This document shows, piece by piece, positions 26,597 through 39,863 of a stretch of DNA of 64,000 bases. Made by a program: the position numbers and the translations under genes. Numbering within the stretch: position 1 is the stretch's first letter; the number at the start of each line of letters is the position of its first letter. The notes under the pieces were generated by a model. The model did not search any database. It was not told the origin of the DNA and saw only the letters and a program-made list of their open reading frames with translations. Source of the DNA: Octopus sinensis (taxonomy: Eukaryota); NCBI RefSeq assembly GCF_006345805.1, contig NC_043014.1, positions 18,724,001-18,788,000 on the forward strand. The letters are read 5' to 3'.

Positions 26597-26634
<38 letters not shown>

Positions 26635-27369
26635 CTATTACATACACATACACGTATACCCACACTTACAAACGAACGAACAAAGACGTCCCTACATAAT
26701 CCCTCAAACTGCAAGAAAGAGCAGCCAAATACCTTCAAGTCTTACTCCTTGCTTGCTTCATACTCTTACTTAATGGGATTATGGTCATCCTTGGTTATTG
26801 GTTTCAGAGATGTCATCATCAATAGAGCCGAGGGGTCTACAGGTACTCGCCATCGCTGGCGGTCTGTACCAGTCCCTCTGCATCCACCAAGGAGCCTCTA
26901 GAGATTCTCCCAAATCACATCCATAATGATTCTATAGTCTCATAAAAAACAGAAGATGAGAAAGAGAGAGAGAGAAATATTAGACAAAGCCGATCTAGAT
27001 TTCCCAAGATGGTCAGCTCTGGAATGATTTCGAATATAGCCTTGTTCAAACAGAGCAGATCTAAGATTAAGCAACCAAACAGCTTATCACACTATCTCAT
27101 TACTTAATTCCTTTCAAGCCACGTTCTAAACTACCACGCAACACCACAAAGCATTCTCATAACGCACAAAGCCATTCTTTGTCATATCAAGCAGAAACAT
27201 TCCACGTTATATTAAATCATACATTGCGGTAAACTACTCTTCACCCATCATCACATAAGTACAATACCTGAGGAGACATACCAGGCAGCAAGACCCCACG
27301 AGGAAGAATCTCGTTTTAAAAACATGATAGACATTGTATAATATAGTCCTTGACACACTATCTCCTACC

Positions 27370-27563
27370 TTCTAGATGTTTCAAGTCGTTGGACTGCAGG
27401 CAGGCTGTGTCGCTGTTTTGAAGGGTATACTCGAACCAGTTGACTTCAGTAATTTTTTCTTAAAACTGGTACTTTTTCTATTGTGATCATTTTGCCGAAC
27501 CGTTAAGTTACGAGGACATCAGCAAACCAACATCAGTTGTCAAGCGATGGTGGATAACAAACA
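27370..27563 (-). mobile_element. SINE family B, decayed 3' half
   Basis: TTTGCCGAACCG.TAAGTTACG.GGAC...GTTGTCAAGCGATGGTGG. Confidence 0.7.
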
Positions 27564-27572
27564 TGATACATA

Positions 27573-27613
<41 letters not shown>

Positions 27614-29285
27614 TTAATTAATAAAGGAATGAAAAATAAAAACATTTACCCTCTATTTTCCTGTTGTCTTTCCTGCTGATAATAGCTTTATCAAATGTAA
27701 ATTATTTTATTTACTAAAGATTGCTTGAAACCATGGTACAGGAAAATAGATGGTAATTGTTTATATTTTTCATTCCCTTTCGAAATTACCCCTAATAGTG
27801 GTTTGGAGTTTTAACTACCCTTTCTAGCGAGTCAGATGTCCTGTTATAGCCATCTCTTATGTGTTTAAATGTACACTGTATATGTATATATATATATATA
27901 TATATATAAATTTTTACACACACACCCCATACACATACACACATATATTTATATATATGAGGAGCTTCAGGCTGAGTTTAACAAATCCGTCCACAAAGAT
28001 TTGGTCAACCCAGGGCTATACGAGAAGATTATTTCTCAAAGTACAGTAAACAACGCAAAACCATGTAGTTGGGAAAAAGAAAAACAAAAATAAAATCCCT
28101 GATTGGATAGTCATTGTTGGAATACCTTTGATCATGTGTCTGACCTAGTGCTAAAGATAAACAGCAATGCTACAGCATCAAATTCCATAAGAACATTACT
28201 GCCACCCAACCAGCTCCAACCCATCTCTCGACAAACCACATCGAAGGTTACTATACATCACATAACGCCGCTTCCTACTCAACAGATCACAAAATACCAT
28301 CACATGCACTTACGGTGAGCGCATACATACACACACAACACTCATCACACACCAATACAAGACCAGGCAACATATGCCAACACACATACGTACTACAAAC
28401 CATATGCCATATACAATAACACAGACTGCAAATCGACACATTACAAAACTACTCTTCTTTACCACATCACATACTACTACCCCTACACTACTCCCGCACA
28501 ATGCACCACACCGTTCTCAATACCACGCAGCATACTACATACGTGCATACGACACACCACGCCACACCAAAGCCCAATCGATATCACATCATACCATACC
28601 GCAGCATGCAACAGCAGAATTCTGTACGACAGATACTGTGCCTCCCAGTAAATCCCGTCACAAAATCGCTGTACAACAATATTTTATGACAACTGCGATA
28701 GCAAAGCTTGCTTGGTTTCACTTCACCTACAAGCAGCTGCCATCCATTCATTAGTCATCCTTTTAAAAAGCCAAAGCGGAATGGTGGCGTATTTAGGTTG
28801 AAATCGTCTTTCGTTGCCGTCATGACTCATCTTTGATACGCTACGTCTAATGTGCCCAAACGAAAATGATGAAAAGTGCGACATATTTCAAAGCAACACT
28901 CGTTTTGTTTTGTTTTATTTTTGTTTGTTTTTCTTTTGGATTTCTTTGTTGTTTTTGATGTCTTTGTATTATAGTTTTGCACTGCTGAATTGGCTGTTTG
29001 AATCATTGACTAATTGCCTTGATTGCCTGATTGTTTGCTATTGGACAATTTGTCCACTTCAAACTCTATATTTGTTTTACCTGCATGATTTTATTGTTTT
29101 TATCCTAGACAATCAGACGGTTGGGAATGTGTCTAACTTTCTGTGTGTATGTTTGTGTCTATTTGTAAAAGTGCACACATCCATCCACTCTTCCGCGCGC
29201 GTATATATTTTTATGTCCGTATGTATGTATGTATAAATCTATATACATGTATTTATGTGTATGTGCGTATATATTTATGTGTGTT

Positions 29286-29356
<71 letters not shown>

Positions 29357-29430
29357 TATATATTTATATATTTATAATATTTATATATCTGTGCGTGTAT
29401 GTATATATATATATATATATATATATGTAT

Positions 29431-29483
<53 letters not shown>

Positions 29484-29503
29484 TATATATATAATATATA
29501 TAT

Positions 29504-29534
<31 letters not shown>

Positions 29535-29981
29535 GTATACATACATACATACGTACATAGAGTATATGTATTTCAGAAGGTAGCACAGTTTGCTATACTT
29601 TACCTGCCAAATTAAAAGTGCAGTCCACCTTGATGGATGAAGAAAACAAGTACAGTAATAAGAACAACATTAAAGTACAACAGGCGCCCACACACACTCG
29701 ACCTGGGAATGTCTACAATACACCAAACACGACTAAAACACTAATTTCCAACGACAGTGTTTCGTTTAACTTAGTACAGAAATACCAACACTAATACACT
29801 TCCACTCTTAGAGTAGAAGCTGGAGCATTGATTTGTCCGCTCGACATGCTATACATACCAACCAAAGTTCTTTCTACATGAGACACGAAGGAGCGTAATA
29901 GATTGACGAGACCTAATAAATACTAGGTATGAAATGATGATGGTTGATACAGGTTCGAATGTCTTTGATCATAAGGGGGTG

Positions 29982-30110
29982 ATGGTTAAGAGGCCCGTTT
30001 TGCAACAGAGTAGTTCTGGGTTCACTCTCGTGGGTGCAGACCTAGGGCAAGTGTCTTCTACTATAGCCTCGGAGAGACCAAGGTTGCCTTAATGAACTTA
30101 GTTGGCGAAA
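29982..30110 (+). mobile_element. SINE family B, decayed 5' half
   Basis: GGGCAAGTGTCTTCTACTATAGCCTCGG core. Confidence 0.7.
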
Positions 30111-30406
30111 AATATGCTTTCTTTTATGTTTTGCTTATTTTAATTATTACACTACGACCATACTTAGCCACGCCTTGGTAAATTTTAGTCGGAAAAACGG
30201 GTCCTGTTTGTGTATATATTTATTTATTTATCTATTTATTCATTTATATAAGTTATTTTTACTCTTTTGCCTTGTTTTGCCAACCCGCTACAATACGAGG
30301 ATGTAAACGCACCAACATCGAGTGTCAAGCGTTAGTGGAGGAAAAGTGCAGACATCAAAATTCAGGCACACTCACATCTATGTATGTGAATCTCTCTCTC
30401 TCTCTC

Positions 30407-30455
<49 letters not shown>

Positions 30456-30460
30456 CTATC

Positions 30461-30518
<58 letters not shown>

Positions 30519-30524
30519 ATATAT

Positions 30525-30671
30525 AAGTTTCCGTCTACCAAATCCACTCATAAGGCTTTGGTCGGCCCGAGGCTATAGTAGAAGACACTTACCCAAGGTG
30601 CCACGCAGTGGGACTAAACCTGGAACCATGTGGTTGGTAAACAAGCTACTTACCACACAGCGACTCCTACG

Positions 30672-30674
<3 letters not shown>
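30525..30674 (-). mobile_element. SINE family B 5' half (tRNA head plus CORE-like segment)
   Basis: Reverse complement has GGTTCCAGGTTTAGTCCC box-B-like region and CCTTGGGTAAGTGTCTT resembling CORE; flanked by (TA)n. Confidence 0.85.
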
Positions 30675-30717
<43 letters not shown>

Positions 30718-30758
30718 ATATACATATACACATACATACATACATGCATACATATAAG

Positions 30759-30909
<151 letters not shown>

Positions 30910-30973
30910 TGACAGAATGAGATAAAAAAACAACAAGGCAGTAAACAGTTTTCTTAACATTTATCAAGAAAAG

Positions 30974-31021
30974 TTCTTACAGTTGTTTCCGGGATATTTT
31001 CTATATCCCTTCATCAGAGAC
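30974..31021 (-). ncRNA. Minimal type-I hammerhead ribozyme-like motif (Penelope LTR-like context)
   Basis: Minus: TCT-CTGATGA-A-GGGATAT/AGAAA/ATATCCC-G-GAAA-CAACTG-TA-AGA; 7-bp stem II, 3-bp stem I. Confidence 0.65.
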
Positions 31022-31299
31022 GGTGCGAGATATTAATTAATGTTGAATATTAATTAATGTAGAGAAGATATGAAAAACAGAGGGCAGTAAGAGAATGTAA
31101 ATAGAAGTGAGATACATAAGGATATTACATCTGCAGTTCCATTATTCATGTAGAAAGGGATATATAAGCTGAGAAAAAAATTTTGAAATGTATGTATGTG
31201 AGTATATGTATACATGTTTATAGATGTGTTTGTATGCATGCATGTATATATATATGTATATAAAAGTCCTGACTGATCCATCTAAGGTGACAACCATGT

Positions 31300-31445
31300 C
31301 CTGCAATAGCTCGGGTTCAAGGGCCCCCAGTTATTCAACGCCTAGCCAAAATATCTGAGGGATCTCCGTGGAGTGGGGTAGATGTTTTCAAGAAACAAAT
31401 TGACTTCTTGCTATCCAAGCTCTCACGTGAACCAATATCAAGGAA
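31300..31445 (+). mobile_element. CR1-like LINE extreme 3' coding remnant
   Basis: FKGPQLFNA*PKYLRDLRGV-DVFKKQIDFLL. Confidence 0.65.
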
Positions 31446-31605
31446 GGAAACTCATAAGAGTTCACCAAAGGACAATCACATAAAATTGGACAAGTAAAAG
31501 GTGATTACAATGGTAGTGCCCCAGCATGGCCACACTCTTACGACTGAAATATATAAAAGAATAAAAGAATATATATGCATATATGTATATATGTATACAC
31601 ACACA

Positions 31606-31671
<66 letters not shown>

Positions 31672-31698
31672 GACACACACACATATACATAAATACAT

Positions 31699-31845
31699 AG
31701 GCGCAAGCGTGGCTGGTAGTAAGTAGCTTTTTTACCAACCTCATAGTTCCGGATTCCGTCCCACTGCTTGGCACCTTCTACTATAATCTTGGGTCGACCA
31801 AAGCCTTGTGAGTGGATTTGGTAGACGGAAACTGTAAGAAGCCTT
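31699..31845 (+). mobile_element. SINE family B 5' half
   Basis: AGGCGCAAGCGTGGCTG...GACCAAAGCCTTGTGAGTGGATTTGGTAGACGGAAACTG. Confidence 0.85.
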
Positions 31846-32989
31846 ATATATATATATATGTATATAGACATGTATGTATAATGAATATACGATTATGCCC
31901 TTGTGTATTTGTTTGACCTTCCATCTTTCAATAACCTGTATCGATTTGTTGATGTCCACATAGATTTAGTAAAAGATACTCTCAGAATAAATATCAGAGT
32001 TTGAAAAAGTATGTCTCGGGATCAATTTCCTCGTCTAAACACTTCGAGGACGTTCTCCAGCAAGACCGGAGCCCAATGTTTGAAAGTAAAAGATAAAACA
32101 TAGATGAATACACATCCGAAAAACAAGATATACAACACATTATCAACATAATTTATTCAACTGCAATTATGCATAAAGTTAGACGAACACATGAAAACAA
32201 GGGTTAAAACAAAAGACAATGCATCAGCAGCATGAATGCAATGGAAATATATCTTGGCATGAAATAACATAGGAAACAAGATGGAGCATCTTCCTAGAAA
32301 ACTATCAACGTGCGTATGGAACAGACAACTAGAAAACTAACGATAAAGAAAGAACACCATAGTTATACAGTACTCGTTCTGGTATTGAATTCCCATATAT
32401 CGCTGGCGGGAAGGTGATTCGCTGTTATATCTATTGGTCGAGCGTCCACCCCGATGAGATCAGGGAAGTTTGAAATCACGTGGCCCCATCGTCTTGGCGT
32501 TGAAGTTGGTGGATATGTCTCTCCCCGCTCGTGATATAAACAAGCGTGCATTTTGCACTAAAAGCTTATATTAGAGTCTCTTTCATGGTAATAACTGCAG
32601 TAAAGTTTGTTCTAATAGAACGTCTACATTAAGTGGGAACAAATATTACTTCTCAGCATTAATACGGCTTCTTTTTCTAATATATACTCTAGATATATAG
32701 AACAATTTGCACTTCAACAGCAAGCAAATACTGTCAATAGGTGTTCCTTGAAAATCAGCCATCAAAAAACAAAAAATCACGCACAAAATCCGAAATTGAA
32801 GTCCATCGTTGGAAGCTGAAACATCTAAACGGGTATCTAAATTATCTACCTTGAAGAAAGCACCACTCTCCCTAATAACAATATTTGTATCACCACAAGC
32901 AAATTACCTGAAACTGTAAGAGGGGAGAGAATACTAACAAATCTTTAAGCCTCAAAAGTACTCCAAGCGGAAGGCATACACACACATAA

Positions 32990-33225
32990 TACCTGCCTGC
33001 CTAACTACCTATTTGCCTGCCTACCTACCTACCTACCTACCTACCTACCTACCTACTTACCTACCTACCTACCTACCTATCTACCTACTTACCTGCCTAC
33101 CTACCTACCTACCTACCTACCTACCTACCTACCTACCTACTTACCTGCCTACCTACCTATCTACCTATCTACCTACCTACCTACCTACCTACATACATAC
33201 TTACCTATCTAGCCACCTACCTACA
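32990..33225. repeat. (CTAC)n microsatellite
   Basis: Visible degenerate array. Confidence 0.95.
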
Positions 33226-33289
33226 TACATACATATACACCCCCCGCGTGAATATATATATATATATATATATAATACAAAATGGGACA

Positions 33290-33600
33290 AGAACACAAAG
33301 CATCCGGACAGCTAGGTGATACAAAAACGGACAACAAAACATCCAGATAGACGATACAAAAAGGGACAACGAAACGTCCAGATAGACGATACAAAGAAAA
33401 CAAGGACGGGTCATTCGAAGTTTACTTTCCACAGTCAAGCACCAGATTATCCTAGCAATTTTGGCTGATTATTCTTGAGATTGCTCGAATCTGGCCAGCT
33501 CCAAGGAAAGACTAAGCTAAGAGCATTGGATTCCTTGGAAGAAAGCAGTAAATGTATACAAAAACAAGCACGGAAAAAACGGACAATGTTACACAAATAT
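33290..33600 (-). mobile_element. Interspersed repeat E with ~31-bp tandem units at 33320-33400
   Basis: Homologous to 17750-17990. Confidence 0.6.
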
Positions 33601-33632
33601 AAATACAATATATACGTATATATATATATATA

Positions 33633-35445
33633 TCTCTTATTATAAAAGGCAGATTTTATCTGCCTCCCTTTGGGAGTTATACAAATCTACAATATAGGAT
33701 TTCTTCAATTACAATTTACCTTGCATTTTTAAGAGTACAATGCATCGCGTCATGCCAGCTCCAGTTTTTAAAATTTAAACTCCAGTTAAGCAAAATTTAC
33801 AGAAAACTCACATTCTGGTGTGTGTGTCAAATGCTTTTCTTAGTCTGGTTTACACCACACGCACACGCACACACACAGTGGGCAACGAATAAAATGAAAG
33901 TAAATAGCGACAGAGTGATTTGAGGAAGACTAAAGTGAAAGTATTCTGTCTATGACGCTGATAGATATATGAGTAAAATGGATGGGAAGCTAAGAGCTAG
34001 AGTGAGTGAAAATGTTCTTGAAGAGAGTAATAGTAATAAAGTAAACATACACTCATACTACATACATACATACATACATACATACATACATACACACACC
34101 ACACACACACAACACACACACATACATACACACACACATACATACATACACACATACATACATACATACATATACATACAGACATATAATACATACATAA
34201 CACACACACACATACACACCACACACAGTATATTAAGCTTGAGAACAATCAGATACATTTGCAAACACATCTGTTGAAAATATTATTGTTCACACACATA
34301 CATATACATATATACATACAGACAGAAGACAGATAGATAAAACACACACACACCACACACACCACACACATGATCCAGATGGCACAACCTCAGGCTGATG
34401 AACACATAAAAACAATAACAGAATATAAATGTGTGCAAAGTACAAGAAATATTAATGCAGTATATGGGGATTGGACAATAAGCGTAAGGCAGTGTCAATG
34501 GTGGTTCCAGAAATCCCGAGCCATAAACTACAGCCTAGAAGACGAGCCTCATCCTGAAAGATCTGTAGAACTCGACAAGGACATCCTGAAAACCCTGGTG
34601 GAACAAAATATCATCGTAATGTTGGGGGAACTAGCAGAGAAGCTTGGATTTGGTCATTCAACCATTCATTGACACCTGTGTGCTATCGAAAAGTCAGCAA
34701 ATTGGGTCAATGGGTTCCTCACGAACTTTCCGAGTCTAATTGCATGCAGAGAGTGAATGTATGCTTTTCTTTGCTGTCATATCTCACCACTACTGCGCTA
34801 TGTATATATATATATATATAAAACTGTAGTTGTGTGAGTGTCTGTCCCCTTCGATTTAGATTCCTAACTACTCCCACATTTTGCGGTACAGTTTAACCAA
34901 ATTCGGGTAGCTTATAGTCGTGATTCATATCGAGCCCGTCTGAATATTAGAGCGTGTCTACGATGAGTCTACGATTTTAAAAATAATTTAACATCATTTT
35001 TTATTCCATTTTAATGCATAATTTTCGTGTGTCGATGGCGGCGGAGTTGGCGTCCACGCCACACCTGCACCTGTGGGGAAGGGAGTGTAAGGAAATCAAC
35101 GTCTCCGTAATGCGTTGTCAAGGAGACCAGTGTTCTTTTAGAACAACGACTTCATGGCTTGAAGACACCAAAACAGAAATGGCTAAGAAAGCGTCTACAT
35201 GAGTCTACGATTTAAAAAAAAAATTACCATCGTTTTTTTTTCCATTTTAATGCATTTTTTCGCTATTATATAAGGGAAGTAACTCTCTAAAAATGTCTAC
35301 GATGAGTCAACGATTTAAAAAAAAATTTACCATCATTTTTTCCATTTTTGATGCATTTTTTGCTATTTTTTGGCTATAACTCTCTAAAAATGCTTATATA
35401 GTTATTTCCCTTAAAAACCCGAGCAACGCCGGGCGATACTGCTAG
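33633..35445 (+). mobile_element. Composite Helitron H1a (1813 bp) carrying a mariner fragment
   Basis: A|TC at 33633, hairpin and CTAG|T at 35442-35445, (TA)n on both sides, internal second 5' end near 34815. Confidence 0.85.
34425..34790 (+). pseudogene. Mariner transposase N-terminal fragment (Helitron cargo)
   Basis: TISVRQCQWWFQK...SLEDEP...LAEKLGFGHSTIH; WVPHEL at 34711-34728. Confidence 0.9.
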
Positions 35446-35458
35446 TATATATATATAT

Positions 35459-35511
<53 letters not shown>

Positions 35512-35514
<3 letters not shown>

Positions 35515-35800
35515 ATGATAAAAGGCAGATTTTATCTGCCTCCCTATGTATCTTATAGAAATCTACAATATAGGATTCTTCAATTACAATTTACCTAGCA
35601 TTTTTAAGAGTAGAATGCATCGGGCCGTGCCAGGTCCGTTTTTAAAATTTCAACCCCAATAAGCAAAATTTAGAGAAAACTCACATTGTGGTGTATATGT
35701 CAAATGTTTTTCTAGTGTGGGCTACAGCACACGCAAACGCACACACACAAAAACGGAGCGAACTGTTTCACTGACGCTATCACCCTTCTCCTCCTTTCTC
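35512..35800 (+). mobile_element. Orphan Helitron 5' module
   Basis: A|TCTATGATAAAAGGCAGATTTTATCTGCC; no own CTAG end recognised. Confidence 0.75.
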
Positions 35801-36089
35801 TTTGCAAGTTTGCAGCTATATAAGTGAAAACAGTGAATCCGACAGCGATTAAGAAAATGAATTGGTACCTGAATGGAGTGTAATTTAAAAACTGTTTCTT
35901 CGGTGATTTTTCTGAAGAAACTGCACCAAGCCACAGACTTTCCAGAAGAGTAAAGCCTTAAACTATTTCTTTTTACTTTTTCGAATGAGCCTATTTGAAA
36001 TCATTACGGCGGAAACGAACTGTTACGCTAAACGTAAACAAAACGAAAGAAAGGATAGTTTGTTATTTCCACAAACTTAAATGAAATTA

Positions 36090-36477
36090 AGGCCTATTTT
36101 GCCATAATATTATTATGGGTATCAGAAAGTTACCCAGAATAACAAATTCTATCGTAAAATTTTGTTGTATACCCAATTGAATATTAGCTAATAACCCATT
36201 TTCTATAGCGATGTTCGAACAAAATTTTAATAATTTTTATATTGTTGAATTTACCTGTATCTACCTGCAATTAGAGTCACTTTGTGACAAAAATTATAGT
36301 ATAGAATTGGTTGAGGACATTTCATTAATTATCTTCCAAAAATCACATTAATATATTGATAAATAAAAAAGTTATTGTTGTTTAATGAAACCAGACTAAA
36401 TTTATGATTACGTTAGAAAATAATTGAAACACATAAGGGGTGTATTTTGGTCAGAAATATAGTAACGAAAGGGTTAA
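36090..36477. mobile_element. Possible piggyBac-type MITE end
   Basis: Ends in AAAGGG|TTAA at 36468-36477; opposite end not found, left coordinate approximate. Confidence 0.3.
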
Positions 36478-36505
36478 GAAAAACCAAAAAATATTTTATC
36501 TCTTA

Positions 36506-37574
36506 CTAGCAGTATCGCCCGGCGTTGCTCGGGTTTGTAAGGGAAATAACTATATAAGCATTTTTAGAGAGTTATAGCCAAAAAATAGCAAAAAATGCAT
36601 TAAAAATGGAAAAAATATGATGGTAATTTTTTTTTTAGATCGTTGACTTATCGTAGACATTTTTAGAGAGTTACTCCCTTATATAATAGCGAAAAAATGC
36701 ATTAAAAATGGAAAAAAAACGATGGTAATTTTTTTTTAAATCGTTAGACTCATGTAGACGCTTTCTTAGCCATTCTGTTTTGTGTCTTCAAGCCATGAAG
36801 TCGTTGTTCTAAAAGAACACTGGTCTCCTTGACAACGCATTACGACGTTGATTTCCTTACACTCCCTTCCCCACAGGTGCAGGTGTGAGCGTGGACGCCA
36901 ACTCTGCCGCCATCGACACGAAAAAAAAATTATGCATTAAAATGGAATAATAAATGATGTTAAATTATTTTTTAAATCGTAGACTCATCGTAGACGCGCG
37001 CTAATATTCAGACGGGCTCGATATGAATCACGACTATAAGCTACCCGAATTTGGTTAAACTGTACCGCAAAATGTGGGAGTAGTTAGGAATCTAAATCGA
37101 AGGGGACAGACACTCACACAACTACAGTTTTATATATATAGATATACAGCGCAGTAGTGGTGAGATATGACAGCAAAGAAAAGCATACATTCACTCTCTG
37201 CATGCAATTAGACTCGGAAAGTTCGTGAGGAACCCATTGACCCAATTTGCTGACTTTTCCGATAGCACACAGGTGTCAATGAATGGTTGAATGACCAAAT
37301 CCAAGCTTCTCTGCTAGTTCCTCAACAGTTACGATGATATTTTGTTCCACCAGGGTTTTCAGGATGTCCTTGTCGAGTTCCACAGATCTTTCAGGATGAG
37401 GCTCGTCTTCTAGGCTGTAGTTTATGGCTCGGGATTTCTGGAACCACCATTGACACTGCCTACGCTTATTGTCCAATCCCCATATACTGCATTAATATTT
37501 CTTGTACTTTGCACACATTTATATTCTGTTATTGTTTTATATGTTTCAGCCTTGAGGTTGTGGCCATGCTGGAT

Positions 37575-37614
<40 letters not shown>

Positions 37615-38345
37615 TATCTGTCTGTCTGTCTGTATGTATATATGTATATGTATGTGTGTGAACAATAATATTTTCAACAGATGTGTTGCAAATGTATCTG
37701 ATTGTTCTCAAGCTTCCATACTGTGTGTGTATGTGTGTGTGTGTATGTATGTATGTATATGCATGTATGTATGTATATGTATGTAAGTATGTGTGTATGT
37801 ATGTATGTGTGTGTGTATGTATGTGTGTGTGTATGTGTGTGTGTATGTGTGTGTATGTATTTATGTATGTATGTATGTATGTATGTATGTATGTATGTAT
37901 GTATGTATGTATGTATGTATGAGTGTATGTTTACTTTATTACTAATTACTCTCTTCCAAGAACATTTTCACTCACTCTTAGCTTTTAGCTTCCCATACAT
38001 TTTACTCATGTATCTATCAGCGTCATAGACAGAATACTTTCACTTTAGTCTTCCTCAAATCACTCTGTCGCTATTTACTTTCATTTTATTCGTTGCCCAC
38101 TGTGTGTGTGCGTTTGCGTGTGGTGTAAACCAGACTAAGAAAAGCATTTGACACGCACACCAGAATGTGAGTTTTCTGTAAATTTTGCTTAATTGGAGTT
38201 TAAATTTTAAAAACTGGACCTGGCATGACGCGATGCATTGTACTCTTAAAACTGCTAGGTAAATTGTAATTGAAGAAATCCTATATTGTAGATTTCTATA
38301 ACTCCCAAAGGGAGGCAGATAAAATCTGCCTTTTATAATAAGAGA
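36506..38345 (-). mobile_element. Composite Helitron H1b (1840 bp), inverted copy of H1a
   Basis: Collinear reverse complement of 33633-35445 including mariner fragment (~37160-37520); sits between A36505 and T38346 with no TSD. Confidence 0.9.
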
Positions 38346-38837
38346 TTATAAAAGGCAGATTTTATCTGCCTCCCTTTGTCAGTTATAGAAATCTACAATA
38401 TAGGATTTCTTCAATTACAATTTACCTAGCATTTTTAAGAGTAGAATGCATCGGGTTTTGCCAGGTTCGGTTTTTAAAATTTCAACCCCAATTAAGCAAA
38501 ATTTAGAGAAAACTCACATTCTGGTGTGTATGTCAAATGCTTTTCTTAATGTGGTTTACACCACACGCAAACGCACACACACAGTGTGCAACGAATAAAA
38601 TGAAACTAATTCACTGTGTGTGCGTTGACAGGTGGACAATAAAATGCGATGGCGATGGCGATGTAATATTTGTTTCTGTCTATCACGCTGATAGATACAT
38701 GAGTAAAATGTATGGGAAGCTAAGAGATAAGAGTGAGTGAAAATGTTCTTGGAAGAGAGTAAATAGCAAGAGAGTGATTTGAGGAAGACTTTACATTAAA
38801 TAACCGTAGTGGCTTGTTATTTATATATATAACATAC

Positions 38838-39090
38838 ATAAGACAGTAAGGTGTGATTTGAGGGAGATTTGGCTGCTATTTCTGCCATGTAGGGGTCTCC
38901 CTCATAGGCTCATACATACATATATACATAGATAAGACAGTAAGGTGTGATTTGGGGGAAATTTGGCTGCTATTTCTACCAGGTCTAGCTACCATGTAGA
39001 GGTCCCCCTCATTGGCTCATATATATACATACATAAGACAGTTAGGTGTGATTTGAGGGAGATTTGGCTGCTGTTTCTACCAGGTCTGTT
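38838..39090. repeat. ~100-bp tandem repeat, about 2.5 units (cargo)
   Basis: ATAAGACAGT.AGGTGTGATTTG.GGGA.ATTTGGCTGCT at 38838, 38932, 39033; also at 58978-59245. Confidence 0.9.
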
Positions 39091-39149
39091 AGGCCTTCTC
39101 ATGTAAACTCAAGCTTTCTCATGCCTTGAACATAAGACCAAAGCAGAGA

Positions 39150-39371
39150 ATGTATTCTTTTATTCTTCTGCTTTTTCCAGCCATTGGTCTGTGGCCATGC
39201 TGGGGCAATGACTTGAAGAATTGTAGTTTAATGAATCAACTCCAGTTTTATTTTTGTAAGCACTGTACTTATTCTATCTGTTTTCTTTGTCAAACCACTA
39301 GGTGACAGGGGTGTAAACAAACCAACATTCGTTGTCAAGCAGTGGTGGAGGACAATCACAAGCACAGACAC
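39150..39371 (-). mobile_element. SINE family B 3' half (cargo)
   Basis: GTGGCCATGCTGGGGCA...GTTGTCAAGCAGTGGTGG; duplicated at ~59305-59525. Confidence 0.75.
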
Positions 39372-39450
39372 GCACACACACACACACATACATGCATACA
39401 CATATACACACATACATACATACATATATATATATGTGTGTATATATATA

Positions 39451-39709
39451 TTGCAGCGTGGAAGGTGTTTGTAAGCCATTTAAGAAACACACAAAAACCG
39501 TTAGATTCACTTCAACATTTAAATTTAATTTGCCAAAATATTTTCCTCGCTTTGAGACCGCGACCTGTTCACTGACAAAAATATCGTGCTAACAGGTCGC
39601 GGTCTCAAAGCGACGAAAATATTTTGACAAATTAAATTTAAATGTTGAAGTGAATCTAACGGTTTTTGTGTGTTTCTTAAATGGCTTATAAACACCTTCA
39701 ACGCTGCAA
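39451..39709. repeat. 259-bp palindrome of repeat D
   Basis: 119-bp arms (39451-39569, 39591-39709) with few mismatches, 21-nt loop. Confidence 0.95.
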
Positions 39710-39863
39710 CTGTTTTCGTTCTAGCACACGATCTCAGATCAAGTCACTTGCTATGCAAGTACATCTCTGTAACTATATATATATTTATACATATGTATAT
39801 TGGTAAAAACAGTAAGATAACAAAAGAAAGAAAGAGACCTCGATATTATGTAAATAGAGGAAA

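Noticed and set aside
32640-32915. Long stop-free frame on the minus strand next to a TTTCAG acceptor-like site
   Set aside because: No start codon, no consistent splice phase and no recognisable motif
33633-38345. Assembly artefact as the cause of the inverted duplication
   Set aside because: Arms differ by substitutions, indels and microsatellite lengths, and the second copy has exact Helitron A|T junctions
38838-39090. CRISPR-like reading of the ~100-bp repeats
   Set aside because: Units are homologous along their whole length with no unique spacers, no cas genes, eukaryotic context
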